A stretch of 34,649 nucleotides of DNA from an uncultured bacterium (GCA_964609495.1 CAZSTA010000013.1:1-34649), one strand, 5' to 3'. Positions 8,342-18,026 are shown, counted from the stretch's first letter. Translations and numbers: made by a program. Notes: a model not told the origin generated them from the letters alone.

Positions 8342-9121
8342 CTAAATCCGATGAGTAAAAGCTATGAAGAGATTATACGAAGGAGAAATATCAATTAGAG
8401 TTATATCACACTGTAAAGCGGCTAATTTTAATCCTACCCCTGCACTATAACCCCCTTCGCTATCCTTCCCTAACCTAATCCCAACACTCCTGGTCAGCCA
8501 TCTCTCGACTCCTACTACCGTTTTTAGCCCCTTCCTTCCCCCGAACACGGACAAAGCTAAGGTAGTCCAATCCATAGGTCTATACTTTAATTGGGCTATC
8601 CACCTGCTTTCATATCTCCCCCTCTCAATGAGAATTAAATCACATCCTACTAAACCGATCCACAGATCATCCAAAGGGTTTAGGATCAGCCCTAGATCGA
8701 TATCCGCCCGATTCGAATGGACAGGGGATCCTATCACAGATATATCGAAATTAATTCCAAGAGCCAGCCTTCTATTAAACTTCTTTCCCCAGAAAAACCG
8801 TAGAGTGTTCTCGGAGGAACTATCATCCTCTAGAACGAAGAAATCTACCCCTATTAGATCGTCCTCGAATCTCCTCTTTATTTCTATTAAAATTAAACTC
8901 TCTTTTCCGCCTTTTAATTCATACAAATTAAAAGAGCGATTGCTTCCCACCTCCGAAAAATCCGCGGGATTCCCAAAAAATGGATTTGCATCTTGGATAA
9001 CTGTTATTTCAGGAACTATAAGAGTATGCCTTAAAGTATCCGCTGAGGTTGAACTTGGTAAAGATATAAAAAGGATAAGAAATATAAATGAGCAGATCGA
9101 TCTCATCATTCTAATTCTCAT
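8342..9121 (-). CDS. Hypothetical exported protein, possible outer-membrane beta-barrel
   Basis: Signal peptide, an NPA motif near the N-terminus and alternating hydrophobic strands (DIDLGLIL, GVERW, YSAGVGL); exact start uncertain. Confidence 0.5.
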   Translation of the reverse strand: MRIRMMRSICSFIFLILFISLPSSTSADTLRHTLIVPEITVIQDANPFFGNPADFSEVGSNRSFNLYELKGGKESLILIEIKRRFEDDLIGVDFFVLEDDSSSENTLRFFWGKKFNRRLALGINFDISVIGSPVHSNRADIDLGLILNPLDDLWIGLVGCDLILIERGRYESRWIAQLKYRPMDWTTLALSVFGGRKGLKTVVGVERWLTRSVGIRLGKDSEGGYSAGVGLKLAALQCDITLIDISPSYNLFIAFTHRI

Positions 9122-9893
9122 CTCTAGTGAGAGAGGAGACGAAACCCTCGAAATTTGATATCTGGATTATACTTATCCTCTTTAACTTAAAGAGAGATGT
9201 ATCCTGGTCATTCATCCCCGGCTCGCTTGAAACTGCGATCTTATATCCGGCTTCCTTCGTTAGTCGTTCTATATCCCAATCGAAATCACCATAAGGATAG
9301 GCTAAACTCGTTATCTCCTCTCCCAATTTCCCCTCAATTATCCTCTTGGGATCCTCTAACTGAGCTTTGATCGAGAGAAGAGTCAATTCAGTTAAATAGG
9401 GATGGTTTAAGGTATGAGAACCTATCGACATCCCTCCCCTTCGCATCTCTATCACTTGAGACCAACTTATATATTTGCCCTGAGCTTCATCTCCTATAAA
9501 ATCAGCGATTAAGAAAAAAGTGGCTGTAAAGCCGAACTTCTTCAAGATGGGAAAAGCATATAGGTAATTGTCAAGATATCCATCATCGAAGGTTAGAATT
9601 ATAGGATTTTGAGGTAGCTCTATCTCATTATGGCGATAAGCAACAAAATCATCGAGCGATATCGTTTCGAAACGATACTCGACTAAGATCCTCATCTGTT
9701 CCTCGAACTCAGAGGCTGATAGGAATGGGGTTAATAAACCCCTCTTCTCCTCTATACTATGATACATCAATATCAGGACTTCGCTCTGCGCTGGAGAAGA
9801 GGACGCATAACAGACTGAGAAGATCATAAATGAAATTAAGATTATTATCTTACAGATCATACATCGCTCTATCTTCGGAGTTTTATTTATCAC
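9111..9893 (-). CDS. Polysaccharide deacetylase (CE4/NodB family), exported
   Basis: LMYH, LTFDDGY, IGSHTLNHP, LAYPYG; N-terminal hydrophobic segment. Confidence 0.9.
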   Translation of the reverse strand: MINKTPKIERCMICKIIILISFMIFSVCYASSSPAQSEVLILMYHSIEEKRGLLTPFLSASEFEEQMRILVEYRFETISLDDFVAYRHNEIELPQNPIILTFDDGYLDNYLYAFPILKKFGFTATFFLIADFIGDEAQGKYISWSQVIEMRRGGMSIGSHTLNHPYLTELTLLSIKAQLEDPKRIIEGKLGEEITSLAYPYGDFDWDIERLTKEAGYKIAVSSEPGMNDQDTSLFKLKRISIIQISNFEGFVSSLTRDEN

Positions 9894-10563
9894 TTATTAC
9901 CTCTAGAAACGGGGCGATAAGGTTCATAACATTGCTGTTCCCGGTGTAAATTACTATCATCTCATAGAATCCACCCAACGAGAAATCTGGTTCAGCAACA
10001 CTGAAGCTTAACTCCCCTTCTCCGTTCACTTTAATTGAGATCACTTGGACATCAACGGGGAGATTAGTTGTCTGATCTAATCCAGTGGCGATTCCCATCA
10101 ATATCCCAGTCGTGATCATAGGATCGGTGAAATCTAAATCGGAAGTTGAGGAAAGAGCGCTCAAGGCAAGTCCTTCCTCCGAATCCATCTCCGAGATCTC
10201 CTCCATAATCTCAAAGCCTTTATTTGAGGCATTGCTCACAGTTGTCCCAGCTTCCTCCATTGTTTTTACCATATCGGCAATAGTGAAGTAGGAGTCGATC
10301 TTCTTCCTCTCCACAGGAGCAAATTCTACCCCTTCAAGTTCCACCTCCTCCAGGATATTACCAGCCGGTCCCACGATCTCAATGATATAATACCCAGGAG
10401 TGAGGAAGGATAGCGAGAAATCTAAACTTTCTCGTCCTGCCATCTCGAATTTGACCGCTAACCCGCCCTCGTTCACCTCATAATCTAAAGAGCCAGCATA
10501 AGAAGTTGACATAAATGAAATAAATATAGCTGTGATAATTAATATCTTCTGCTTTATGAACAT
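9883..10563 (-). CDS. Hypothetical exported acidic protein
   Basis: ORF 9883..10599; preferred start is the ATG at 10563 (MFIKQK..., SD AGGGG), which gives a signal peptide ending SYA. Confidence 0.6.
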   Translation of the reverse strand: MFIKQKILIITAIFISFMSTSYAGSLDYEVNEGGLAVKFEMAGRESLDFSLSFLTPGYYIIEIVGPAGNILEEVELEGVEFAPVERKKIDSYFTIADMVKTMEEAGTTVSNASNKGFEIMEEISEMDSEEGLALSALSSTSDLDFTDPMITTGILMGIATGLDQTTNLPVDVQVISIKVNGEGELSFSVAEPDFSLGGFYEMIVIYTGNSNVMNLIAPFLEVISDK

Positions 10564-10576
10564 CAGACATCCCCTT

Positions 10577-11941
10577 TCACCTGTTAAATATTCGACCATA
10601 TAACTTATAGACCTTAACGAAATTATACACTATTAGGCAGTTATTAATCAGGAAGAAGCAGAAGAGGGTATATGTGGCTACTTTTCCCAATAACTTAGAC
10701 CAATTGGTGTTAAAGATAGCGTGGATAATATAAGGCGAGATCATAGCTACTAGGAGGAAGCGAAAGAACCAATGAGAGGGGTCCCAAGGAGTCCCCAACC
10801 CCCAACTTATGCAGAAAAGACCAGCGATAGCGATGAATATACCAGCGGATAGAAGATTCGGTCGGACGATTAGATCACGAATGAACACACCTCCAGCCAG
10901 AGCTAGAAAGGGGTAGAAGGGAAGTAAATGCCAGCCATAGAACCTCCCCATATCCGAAGCGGCGATCAGGGTGAATAAATAGGAAACGATTACAATCGGG
11001 ATCACCTTATCTCTCCTGGAACAGACATAAGCCACTGCCAGCCATCCCCATAACACCCAACCACTTTTGAATAACTCCGCCACTATCTTTATATCAAAGA
11101 TCGATAGCAGTCCTATCCACATCCCAGCGGGTCTGTCCCCCATCGTCCCTATGACTTTGATGAAGGTATTCCAATCGTAATACCAGCCGTATAGGGGATA
11201 GAGGGCGAACACTAAAATCCCCAGTAGAGAGGCAATAGCAGCATCTTTAAACTTTTTCTTTTGAACTAGAAGTAAAGCTATTACTAAGACGACAAATAAC
11301 CCAGGGACTTTGCATAATCCAGCCAGTCCCCCTAGAATCCCAGCTAGATTTCGATAGAGCTTCCTATCAGTGTCGAAATATTTGAGGGTGGAGAGTATAG
11401 CCAAAAGCAACAAAGGAGTAATCATATTCTCCGTTACCGCTAACCTCCCTCCCACTACAAAGATAGGAATCGTAGCATAAAGAAGGCTGGAGATTATAGC
11501 CACGTGCTTTCCATATAGGCGAACTCCCAATAAATAGAGGAGGATAGTGGTTAGGAGAGCGAAGATGAGCGAAGGGATTCTAATATATTTTATATCTACC
11601 TCCCAAAGATCTTTCGCCCCTCCTAAGGTGGCCGATAACCCTGTTACTAATCCGAAGAGAGGCGGATGATTGAACCAAGGGCTAACTATCCGATACATAA
11701 AGCCGTTCCAAAATTTAGTATAGCCTATATCCTGCTTAAACCACGACCAACTGGTGGGGATATGAGGCTTGTTGATTATCGTCAGACCACACCAAGCGAA
11801 TCCATATTCATCCTGGGTCTCTCCGGGAAATGGCATTATATCATATTGATAAATGCGCAAAGTCAAAGCTAAAATAGGTATTAAAATAAGTCCTATTAAA
11901 TTATCATATCTTCGGATAAAGGAGAGAAATCTCATAGTCAT
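10577..11941 (-). CDS. GT-C fold glycosyltransferase (ArnT/PMT-like, family 39/83)
   Basis: DE acidic motif (TQDEY) after the first TM helix, HPPL motif, many TM helices. Confidence 0.85.
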   Translation of the reverse strand: MTMRFLSFIRRYDNLIGLILIPILALTLRIYQYDIMPFPGETQDEYGFAWCGLTIINKPHIPTSWSWFKQDIGYTKFWNGFMYRIVSPWFNHPPLFGLVTGLSATLGGAKDLWEVDIKYIRIPSLIFALLTTILLYLLGVRLYGKHVAIISSLLYATIPIFVVGGRLAVTENMITPLLLLAILSTLKYFDTDRKLYRNLAGILGGLAGLCKVPGLFVVLVIALLLVQKKKFKDAAIASLLGILVFALYPLYGWYYDWNTFIKVIGTMGDRPAGMWIGLLSIFDIKIVAELFKSGWVLWGWLAVAYVCSRRDKVIPIVIVSYLFTLIAASDMGRFYGWHLLPFYPFLALAGGVFIRDLIVRPNLLSAGIFIAIAGLFCISWGLGTPWDPSHWFFRFLLVAMISPYIIHAIFNTNWSKLLGKVATYTLFCFFLINNCLIVYNFVKVYKLYGRIFNR

Positions 11942-11973
11942 TCTCTAAAGCAGGATTATCTGAATTGCTATTT

Positions 11974-12002
11974 ATTATAACATAACCTCGGAAATAATGC
12001 AA
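11974..12002 (-). promoter_or_regulatory. Putative sigma70 promoter for the GT-C cluster
   Basis: Minus strand TTGCAT-17 nt-TATAAT with extended -10 TG. Confidence 0.5.
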
Positions 12003-12094
12003 TATCGTGGCTCAATTTTTTAAGAAGAGAGGACTTGACTTTCACCCCTCAATTATGATATGCTTATATCAGCCATCCCATAAATATCATATCC

Positions 12095-12120
12095 GAAACT
12101 TTGCCAAGACTTTTTCTTAT
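12095..12120 (+). promoter_or_regulatory. Candidate ECF autoregulatory promoter
   Basis: GAAAC-16 nt-CTTAT upstream of the ECF gene, resembling the SigW-type TGAAAC-N16-CGTA; imperfect -10. Confidence 0.3.
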
Positions 12121-12156
12121 ATAATATAGAGGGTGGCTTACTAGGAGGTAAGTGGC

Positions 12157-12744
12157 TTGCTAGATGATGCCACGCTCATAAGAAGATGTTTAGAGGGAGA
12201 TAAGCGAGCTTATGCTTTCCTGGTAGAGAAATATCATAAGCTGGTGTATAATCTGGCTTATAATATGATGGGTAGTAATCAGGCGGAGGCGGCTGACATC
12301 ACGCAAGAGGCCTTTCTAAACGCCTATAAATTTCTCTATCGTTTTCAACAGGGAAGGAAATTTTCCTCCTGGATATATAAGATCACTATTAATATCTGCC
12401 GAGATCGTTTCAAGAAGCGCCATCTCTCCACGGTATCCCTGGATAATCCGCTTGTAACTGAAGATGGAGAGCTAGAGCGCCAATTCGGGGCTGATTCGCC
12501 CACTCCTGATCTATGGCTGGAGATCAAGGAAAAACAGAGATTTATCCAAGAGATCGTCTATTCTCTCCCTGATAAATATCGCTCAGTTATAATCTTGAGA
12601 TACTTTCAGAATTTATCCTATGAGGAAATATCGGAGTTCCTCGATCTTCCCATAAGCACTATTAAAACCAGATTGTTTCGAGCTAGAGAGAAGCTGAAGG
12701 AGAAGTTGGAGATCGTGCTAAAAAGAGGTGAAGTAGAATTATGA
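12157..12744 (+). CDS. ECF RNA polymerase sigma factor (SigW/RpoE-like)
   Basis: Region 2 DITQEAFL...FSSWIYKITIN and region 4 LSYEEISEFLDLPISTIKTRLFRAR; SD AGGAGGT. Confidence 0.95.
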   Translation: MLDDATLIRRCLEGDKRAYAFLVEKYHKLVYNLAYNMMGSNQAEAADITQEAFLNAYKFLYRFQQGRKFSSWIYKITINICRDRFKKRHLSTVSLDNPLVTEDGELERQFGADSPTPDLWLEIKEKQRFIQEIVYSLPDKYRSVIILRYFQNLSYEEISEFLDLPISTIKTRLFRAREKLKEKLEIVLKRGEVEL

Positions 12745-13391
12745 CAGATCGCGAATCAATAAGCAGATTACTCCATCTCTATGCCGAAGGAGAGTTATCA
12801 GCCGAGGATAGGATAAGGGTTCAGGAGCACCTTCAGCAGTGCCCCTATTGTGCGAATGAACTCGCTCTCATTCAATATCTAACTATCTTTCTAAGGACTT
12901 GCCAGCTAGTGGAACCTCCCAGCTCGCTGAAAGAAGATATAATATCGATTATCGAAGATCTACCTTCATACCAACCTAAAATAGGGGAGAAGGTTACCAC
13001 TCTCCTTCTTCAACCTGTGCTCTCCCTATTCTCGGGGAGGATGCGCTGGGCTGGGGTTACAGTGATGATATTAGTGATAGTGGCATCTTTAGGGATTAGA
13101 CTCTGGCTTTCTCCCTCTCCCTTAGAATCTTCGACCGAGTTTATGTTATTCCTTCCGGGAGTGAATTCAGTTACCATCGCGGGGCAGTTCAACGCCTGGG
13201 ATAAAAATGCTAATCCTTTAGAGGATAGGGATGGTGATGGTATCTGGATAATCTCCTTATCCTTACCCAGAGGAAGGTATGAGTATAAATTCGTAGTCAA
13301 TGGATCAGAATGGGTGCTTGATCCTAATGCTCTAGCTCGAGTAGATGACGGCTTTGGAGGAGATAATTCCCTATTGATAGTGGATTTATGA
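12741..13391 (+). CDS. Anti-sigma factor: zf-HC2 + TM helix + CBM48/AMPK-type glycogen-binding domain
   Basis: HLQQCPYC (HxxxCxxC), one TM helix, C-terminal VTIAGQFNAW...DGIW...GRYEYKFVVNGSEWVLDP; ATGA overlap with the sigma gene. Confidence 0.85.
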   Translation: MTDRESISRLLHLYAEGELSAEDRIRVQEHLQQCPYCANELALIQYLTIFLRTCQLVEPPSSLKEDIISIIEDLPSYQPKIGEKVTTLLLQPVLSLFSGRMRWAGVTVMILVIVASLGIRLWLSPSPLESSTEFMLFLPGVNSVTIAGQFNAWDKNANPLEDRDGDGIWIISLSLPRGRYEYKFVVNGSEWVLDPNALARVDDGFGGDNSLLIVDL

Positions 13392-13425
13392 TCTTAGGGT
13401 CACTTCTCTGATCAGAGGGTATGAG

Positions 13426-14241
13426 ATGAAATATAAAAAGCCCCTCCTCATAACTTTGACTATACTGACAATAGTTCTTTGGGGTCTTGGATCTTCCTTC
13501 GCTCAAGAAGACCCGACCTTGGATGAGTTATCGCAACTTTTAGATTCCTTTCCCTATTATCATCCCAGCGAGTTGGAGGCTTTAAAAGTCGAGGTAACTG
13601 AGGCTCTTCTCAGCGGCGTTCCAGGTGATGTTCTCCTTCCCATAATTAGAACGAGTCTGGAGAGGGGAGTTGATATAAAAGACCTAACTAAGCTGATCGA
13701 TAATTTATCTCGAGCCGCTAGGAGAGGGATCCCTCCCCAGGCCCTTCTCGATAAAGTTCAAGAGGGATTAGCCAAAGGGGTGGATCTGGACCAGATATTC
13801 ATAGCTTTGGTCGATAGAACTGGCAAGTTAGAGATAGCTAGAGGGTTGGTGGATATAGCCCTGAAAAAGGGATTGAGGATCCGGAGATTAGATACTGTTA
13901 ATATCTTGACGGAAAATATAGCCGAGGTTTTGGGGAGAGAAATTTTGGTCGAGGAGATCAGCTATGCCTTAGAGGCCGCGATAAGAAATAACCAAGAGGC
14001 AGAATACATCTCTCGAATAATGATATATTGGTTAAGTGTGATAGATAAAGGAGTAACTTTGACCGATTCTTATGTGCTTATTCAAGCGGTGCTGGATGCC
14101 AATCTCACTGTGGCAGATACTCAACTGCTCTTTCAAGAATTGCTGAGATCTCCTAGAGCATCTTTGGACACTATGATGGATAAAATATTATATGGTTTAG
14201 CTAGCGGATTAAGTATTCCTCAAATTCTCAACGAGTTGTGA
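13426..14241 (+). CDS. Hypothetical exported alpha-helical repeat protein
   Basis: Signal peptide ending SFA; repeated helical units ending in G(V/I)P or GVD. Confidence 0.65.
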   Translation: MKYKKPLLITLTILTIVLWGLGSSFAQEDPTLDELSQLLDSFPYYHPSELEALKVEVTEALLSGVPGDVLLPIIRTSLERGVDIKDLTKLIDNLSRAARRGIPPQALLDKVQEGLAKGVDLDQIFIALVDRTGKLEIARGLVDIALKKGLRIRRLDTVNILTENIAEVLGREILVEEISYALEAAIRNNQEAEYISRIMIYWLSVIDKGVTLTDSYVLIQAVLDANLTVADTQLLFQELLRSPRASLDTMMDKILYGLASGLSIPQILNEL

Positions 14242-14248
14242 TCTCGGA

Positions 14249-15763
14249 TCAGGTGAACCATCTTATGATCTCATGAAGTTGAGCGGCTAACTGCTTACTT
14301 GTGTTGGGATCGTTAGCTATCTGCTTAACTGGATTGAGGAATCTGGCATCACCTAGTTTTACTAACTCACTAATAGTGTATCTAAATAGGCTCTCGGTGG
14401 TAGCCTCAGGTCCCTCCTTGACTACCTCGATAAGGGCGTTTAGAGATTCGGGTGTCTTCAGACGAGCTAAGATATAGACTAGGGGGAACTTTCCCTGTTT
14501 CTTATCAGGATTCTTGAGAAAGGATAGAAGTGCTCCTACATTGCCCTCTCCCACCTTTACTAGAGAGTACATAGCTTTTCTACGAACTTCTTTATCATCG
14601 CTGTCCAAGAGATTCAGAAGTAGTTCTACAGAAATTTCTGCCTCCTTACTTTCAAGAGAAGTTATCATATCAGCTATTATATCCTTGGCATCTTCATAAG
14701 ACCCTCCCCTTGTCTCGCTATCAGACTTCACTAGGGAGAGCAATTTATCAACATTCTCACTCTCAATTACCTCTTCCTGCACTTCAACAGTAGCCCTAAC
14801 CGGGCCCAACCTCGGGCCTTCCTCTGGCGCGATCCCTTCGCCAAATAGATTTATAAAGTTGGTGGCTAGGATCCTATCCTGCTCCTCGGGGGTCAATAGA
14901 CTATTCTCTCTAATAATTGCCAAAATCCGACTATAATTCCTTTTGGAAATAAAGGGGAAATCCGTCCCGAATATAAGTTTATCCCCGAATCCCATCCTCA
15001 CTAATCCCACTACTAGAGCATCAGATATAATACTGCTCGTATCATAATAGAGGGAGGATATTAACTCGTCCTGATCATCATCCCCTTTAATCGTTCGATG
15101 AGTCATACCCTTAAAGATGGGAAGACCTCCTCCGAAGTGAGCGGCTATGATCTTAGCCCTCGGGACTTGCCTCTTAAGATATAGAACCTTAACCGGATCG
15201 CTATAGAAACTCATCACTTGCTCTAAACACTTTCGATATAGAATCAAAGGAGCAGTATCGATTAACATAGGCAATCCCAAAGTGGATAGCTGATGAACGA
15301 TCCGAATAGCTTTCTCTCCCTCCAAGTTGAAGTCCCCTGCGGTAGGGTCTAACTTAACTCCTTTAAGGCTCAACTCGGAGATCCCTCTGAACAGTTCTCT
15401 CCTCGCATCCTGAGCTTCAGGATTAATAGTTAATAGTCCAATGAAGCGATCGGGGAACATATCAACTATCTTAGCGATGGTATCATTCCCCAACTTGATC
15501 AACTCCATATCTCGACTAGTTCCAAAGCCAAATAAGATGCCTCCCCTATCCACCCCGTATTTATCCATAATCTCTATATAGTATTCGGCTTGTATCCTAT
15601 CGATATCCTCTCCGGTAGCTCCCTTGATCCTTTCAAGCAGATCAGCTTGAACGTTACGCATCACGTTCAGAGATTTTTCTAAGACCTCATCATTTTTGGT
15701 ATATTTTTCGGTATCGAGAAGGATCTCACCTGGGATAAAGTGCATATGAGAGTCGATAATCAC
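14249..15763 (-). CDS. Amidohydrolase_2-family protein fused to C-terminal HEAT-like repeats
   Basis: IIDSHMH, AAHFGG, YYDTS, FGTDFP; C-terminal LDSDDKEVRRKAMYSLVKVG-type helical repeats. Confidence 0.75.
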   Translation of the reverse strand: MIIDSHMHFIPGEILLDTEKYTKNDEVLEKSLNVMRNVQADLLERIKGATGEDIDRIQAEYYIEIMDKYGVDRGGILFGFGTSRDMELIKLGNDTIAKIVDMFPDRFIGLLTINPEAQDARRELFRGISELSLKGVKLDPTAGDFNLEGEKAIRIVHQLSTLGLPMLIDTAPLILYRKCLEQVMSFYSDPVKVLYLKRQVPRAKIIAAHFGGGLPIFKGMTHRTIKGDDDQDELISSLYYDTSSIISDALVVGLVRMGFGDKLIFGTDFPFISKRNYSRILAIIRENSLLTPEEQDRILATNFINLFGEGIAPEEGPRLGPVRATVEVQEEVIESENVDKLLSLVKSDSETRGGSYEDAKDIIADMITSLESKEAEISVELLLNLLDSDDKEVRRKAMYSLVKVGEGNVGALLSFLKNPDKKQGKFPLVYILARLKTPESLNALIEVVKEGPEATTESLFRYTISELVKLGDARFLNPVKQIANDPNTSKQLAAQLHEIIRWFT

Positions 15764-15779
15764 CTTAGTTCTCTCCTTA

Positions 15780-16499
15780 TTACTCGAGAATAGCCTCTAT
15801 GACTCCATCCGATCTGTGAATTAATTTCGGAACTATATCATTTATATTAAGCTGAGCACAATATTTCAGATCCGCTTCCAACCCTAATTTTATTAAACTT
15901 CGTCCACTTGAGGAATCCTCTAGCGCTTTCAGAATATTGGGATAGTAGCTCTTAAACAATCTATGAGAAGCTTTGGCAGAATCGGTCGGAGTGACTCCCT
16001 CCTCGTTAAGCAGTATATCCACTAGAAAGCCAGCACAAACTGCATCATCCATCACGAAAGCCATCTCCCTTCCTGCACACACAATCACTATATCCTTCCC
16101 CTTTTCCTTAGCCTCCGAGACGCAGGCTTCTCCATTCAAGAAGGAACCAACTAGAATCATCTCAGCAGGAAGCAGATATTCAGCGGCTCTAGTCCCATTA
16201 GTGGTAGTTAAGATGATCTGCTCCCCTTCCAGCTGCAACCCGCTGAATTCATAAGGAGAATTTCCATAATCAAAGCCGGGAGGAGGAAGCCCTCCTCTCT
16301 CCCCGCAAAGTAAAAAGTTGCCGTTCTTCTTAGCCAACTCCTGAGCTTTCTCCACCTCTTTAACCAAGAAGAGTCCCTTACAGCACCCCTCTAGCAAGGT
16401 AACTATAGTTGAAGTAGCTCTCAGAACATCTATCAAAATACATAACGAACCCTTTAATTCCCCGACTTCAGAGGGAAGAAAAGCCACATCCAAAATCAA
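15780..16499 (-). CDS. comB: 2-phosphosulfolactate phosphatase family protein
   Basis: IDVLRATST, GERGG, GNSP, TTTNGT, DDAVCAG. Confidence 0.88.
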   Translation of the reverse strand: MILDVAFLPSEVGELKGSLCILIDVLRATSTIVTLLEGCCKGLFLVKEVEKAQELAKKNGNFLLCGERGGLPPPGFDYGNSPYEFSGLQLEGEQIILTTTNGTRAAEYLLPAEMILVGSFLNGEACVSEAKEKGKDIVIVCAGREMAFVMDDAVCAGFLVDILLNEEGVTPTDSAKASHRLFKSYYPNILKALEDSSSGRSLIKLGLEADLKYCAQLNINDIVPKLIHRSDGVIEAILE

Positions 16500-16624
16500 A
16501 CGTTTGCACCTCCTAGATAATCCTCTCTTTTTACTATAACGGTAGTATCTTCTTCAGCTGATCTCAAATCAGATGTCCAACACACTCTATTCCGCCCTCT
16601 ATGCTCAGTAGATACAAAGCCATA

Positions 16625-17674
16625 TCAGAAATGTTTAACTGATACTTCTCCCTTCTCCCCTTCTCGTCCTCTGACCTCAAATTGCCCTGGTAGAAACTTC
16701 TCCACCACCCAGATATTCGTCAATAGATGTTGAGATATACAAGAGGTTGTAAAGGATGAATCCTCATCAACTAGAGCCACATAGGGAATCAACTGATCCG
16801 CTAGATATTTGTCGATCGCCGCATCGGATTTGAGAAAATCGAGCAACTCTCTACAAGCTTCCTCCGCGACTTGCTCTGCTCTCTTCCCCCTCTCTCCCAG
16901 CGAGGTGAAAGCGGCCACACTTCCTTCAAATTCGGCTAGAAGAAATACCACCGTCCCCTGGCCGATAGCGGATGCGTTTGTAATGGAGATATCAGCCTCA
17001 TAGCCAGCCTTACCTAGACATTTCAAAGCTTGGCTACGTTGTCGCTCGGCGATAGATAGCTTGAGATTGGAGAGGGCAGAAATACCTCTTATACCCTTCA
17101 ACTCCCCTCTATCTTCAAGCTTAATTCCTCCGAGCTCCCTCCCTGGCTTTATATGAGCTTCAACTATCCCTCCTCCTTTAGGATACCATCCCCAGCGATC
17201 TAGATTTAACTCGACTTCGACTCCCATCTTGGATATCATCGGAAGAAATACCTGCTCTAAATAGTGATAGGGAGGACTCCAAGGCACGTGAGTCCCACCC
17301 CTAAGCATTAGAGAGCTACTCTCTCCAGCCCAGATCAGAGAGGGAAGTAGAGCTTGAAAGATCAACGATACCGAACCAGCACTCGCTCGAACCTTGGAGA
17401 CATCGAAGAGGAATCTCCCTCCCTTTATCTGTTGAGGGGAAAAGAACAACTCCTCGGAGAATAATTCCGCTCCTTTCAAGGTAGCCAACGATATCTCAGC
17501 CAAGGCACTAACACAAGTCAGATGCTGAGCCTGTAAACCTGGCTTCTTCCGTCCTGCCCTGATATTATATATCCTCAGAGGTCGGCGAAGGAGGGAAGCT
17601 AAAGCTAAGCTAGTGCGGAGTATCTGTCCTCCTCCCTCTCCATAAGATCCATCTATCTCGATCAATTGCTCCAT
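16625..17674 (-). CDS. rtcA: RNA 3'-terminal phosphate cyclase
   Basis: DGSYGEGGGQILR, PGLQAQHL, GGTH, GWYPKGGG, LADQL, HLLTN. Confidence 0.95.
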   Translation of the reverse strand: MEQLIEIDGSYGEGGGQILRTSLALASLLRRPLRIYNIRAGRKKPGLQAQHLTCVSALAEISLATLKGAELFSEELFFSPQQIKGGRFLFDVSKVRASAGSVSLIFQALLPSLIWAGESSSLMLRGGTHVPWSPPYHYLEQVFLPMISKMGVEVELNLDRWGWYPKGGGIVEAHIKPGRELGGIKLEDRGELKGIRGISALSNLKLSIAERQRSQALKCLGKAGYEADISITNASAIGQGTVVFLLAEFEGSVAAFTSLGERGKRAEQVAEEACRELLDFLKSDAAIDKYLADQLIPYVALVDEDSSFTTSCISQHLLTNIWVVEKFLPGQFEVRGREGEKGEVSVKHF

Positions 17675-17825
17675 AGGATATGCTATCTATCGATCTCCTT
17701 GAGCAAACTTATAATATTATACATCCAATCATCATAATCCTTGCTCTTCAGATCAAATCGCAGTTATCTGCTACATATATCTTAACATATTTACTCTCAT
17801 CTTTCAATTATTTTTAAATGCATGT

Positions 17826-18026
17826 AAGCATGTAGAATATTGTGCTAGCGGTTTTGAACTCCCTTAAATCACCCTCCCCCTAACCCCCTCCCATCAAGGG
17901 AGGGGGAAAAGGGCTTTAGTTCAATCTCAGTGTTCCCTCTCCCCTCGTGGGAGAGGGATAGGGTGAGGGGGGAATCACATCCTGATTTCTTGGTAAAAAT
18001 CTACTAGCACGAAATTTTACATACTT
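17826..18026. mobile_element. MITE-like non-coding element with internal REP-like hairpin pair
   Basis: Terminal IR AAGCATGTAGAATATTGTGCTAG (17826-17848) vs CTAGCACGAAATTTTACATACTT (18004-18026), 19/23 match. Internal hairpins CCCCCTCCC-ATCAA-GGGAGGGGG (17884-17906) and TCCCTCTCCC-CTCGT-GGGAGAGGGA (17934-17958). Confidence 0.65.

Noticed and set aside
11129-11140. GGGTCTGTCCCC, similar to the hairpin core at 2121-2132
   Set aside because: Only 12 nt with no extended arms, inside ordinary coding sequence; chance is plausible.
14803-14818. GGCCC/GGGCC inverted repeat in the amidohydrolase-HEAT linker
   Set aside because: A 5-bp stem explained by two Gly-Pro codon pairs.
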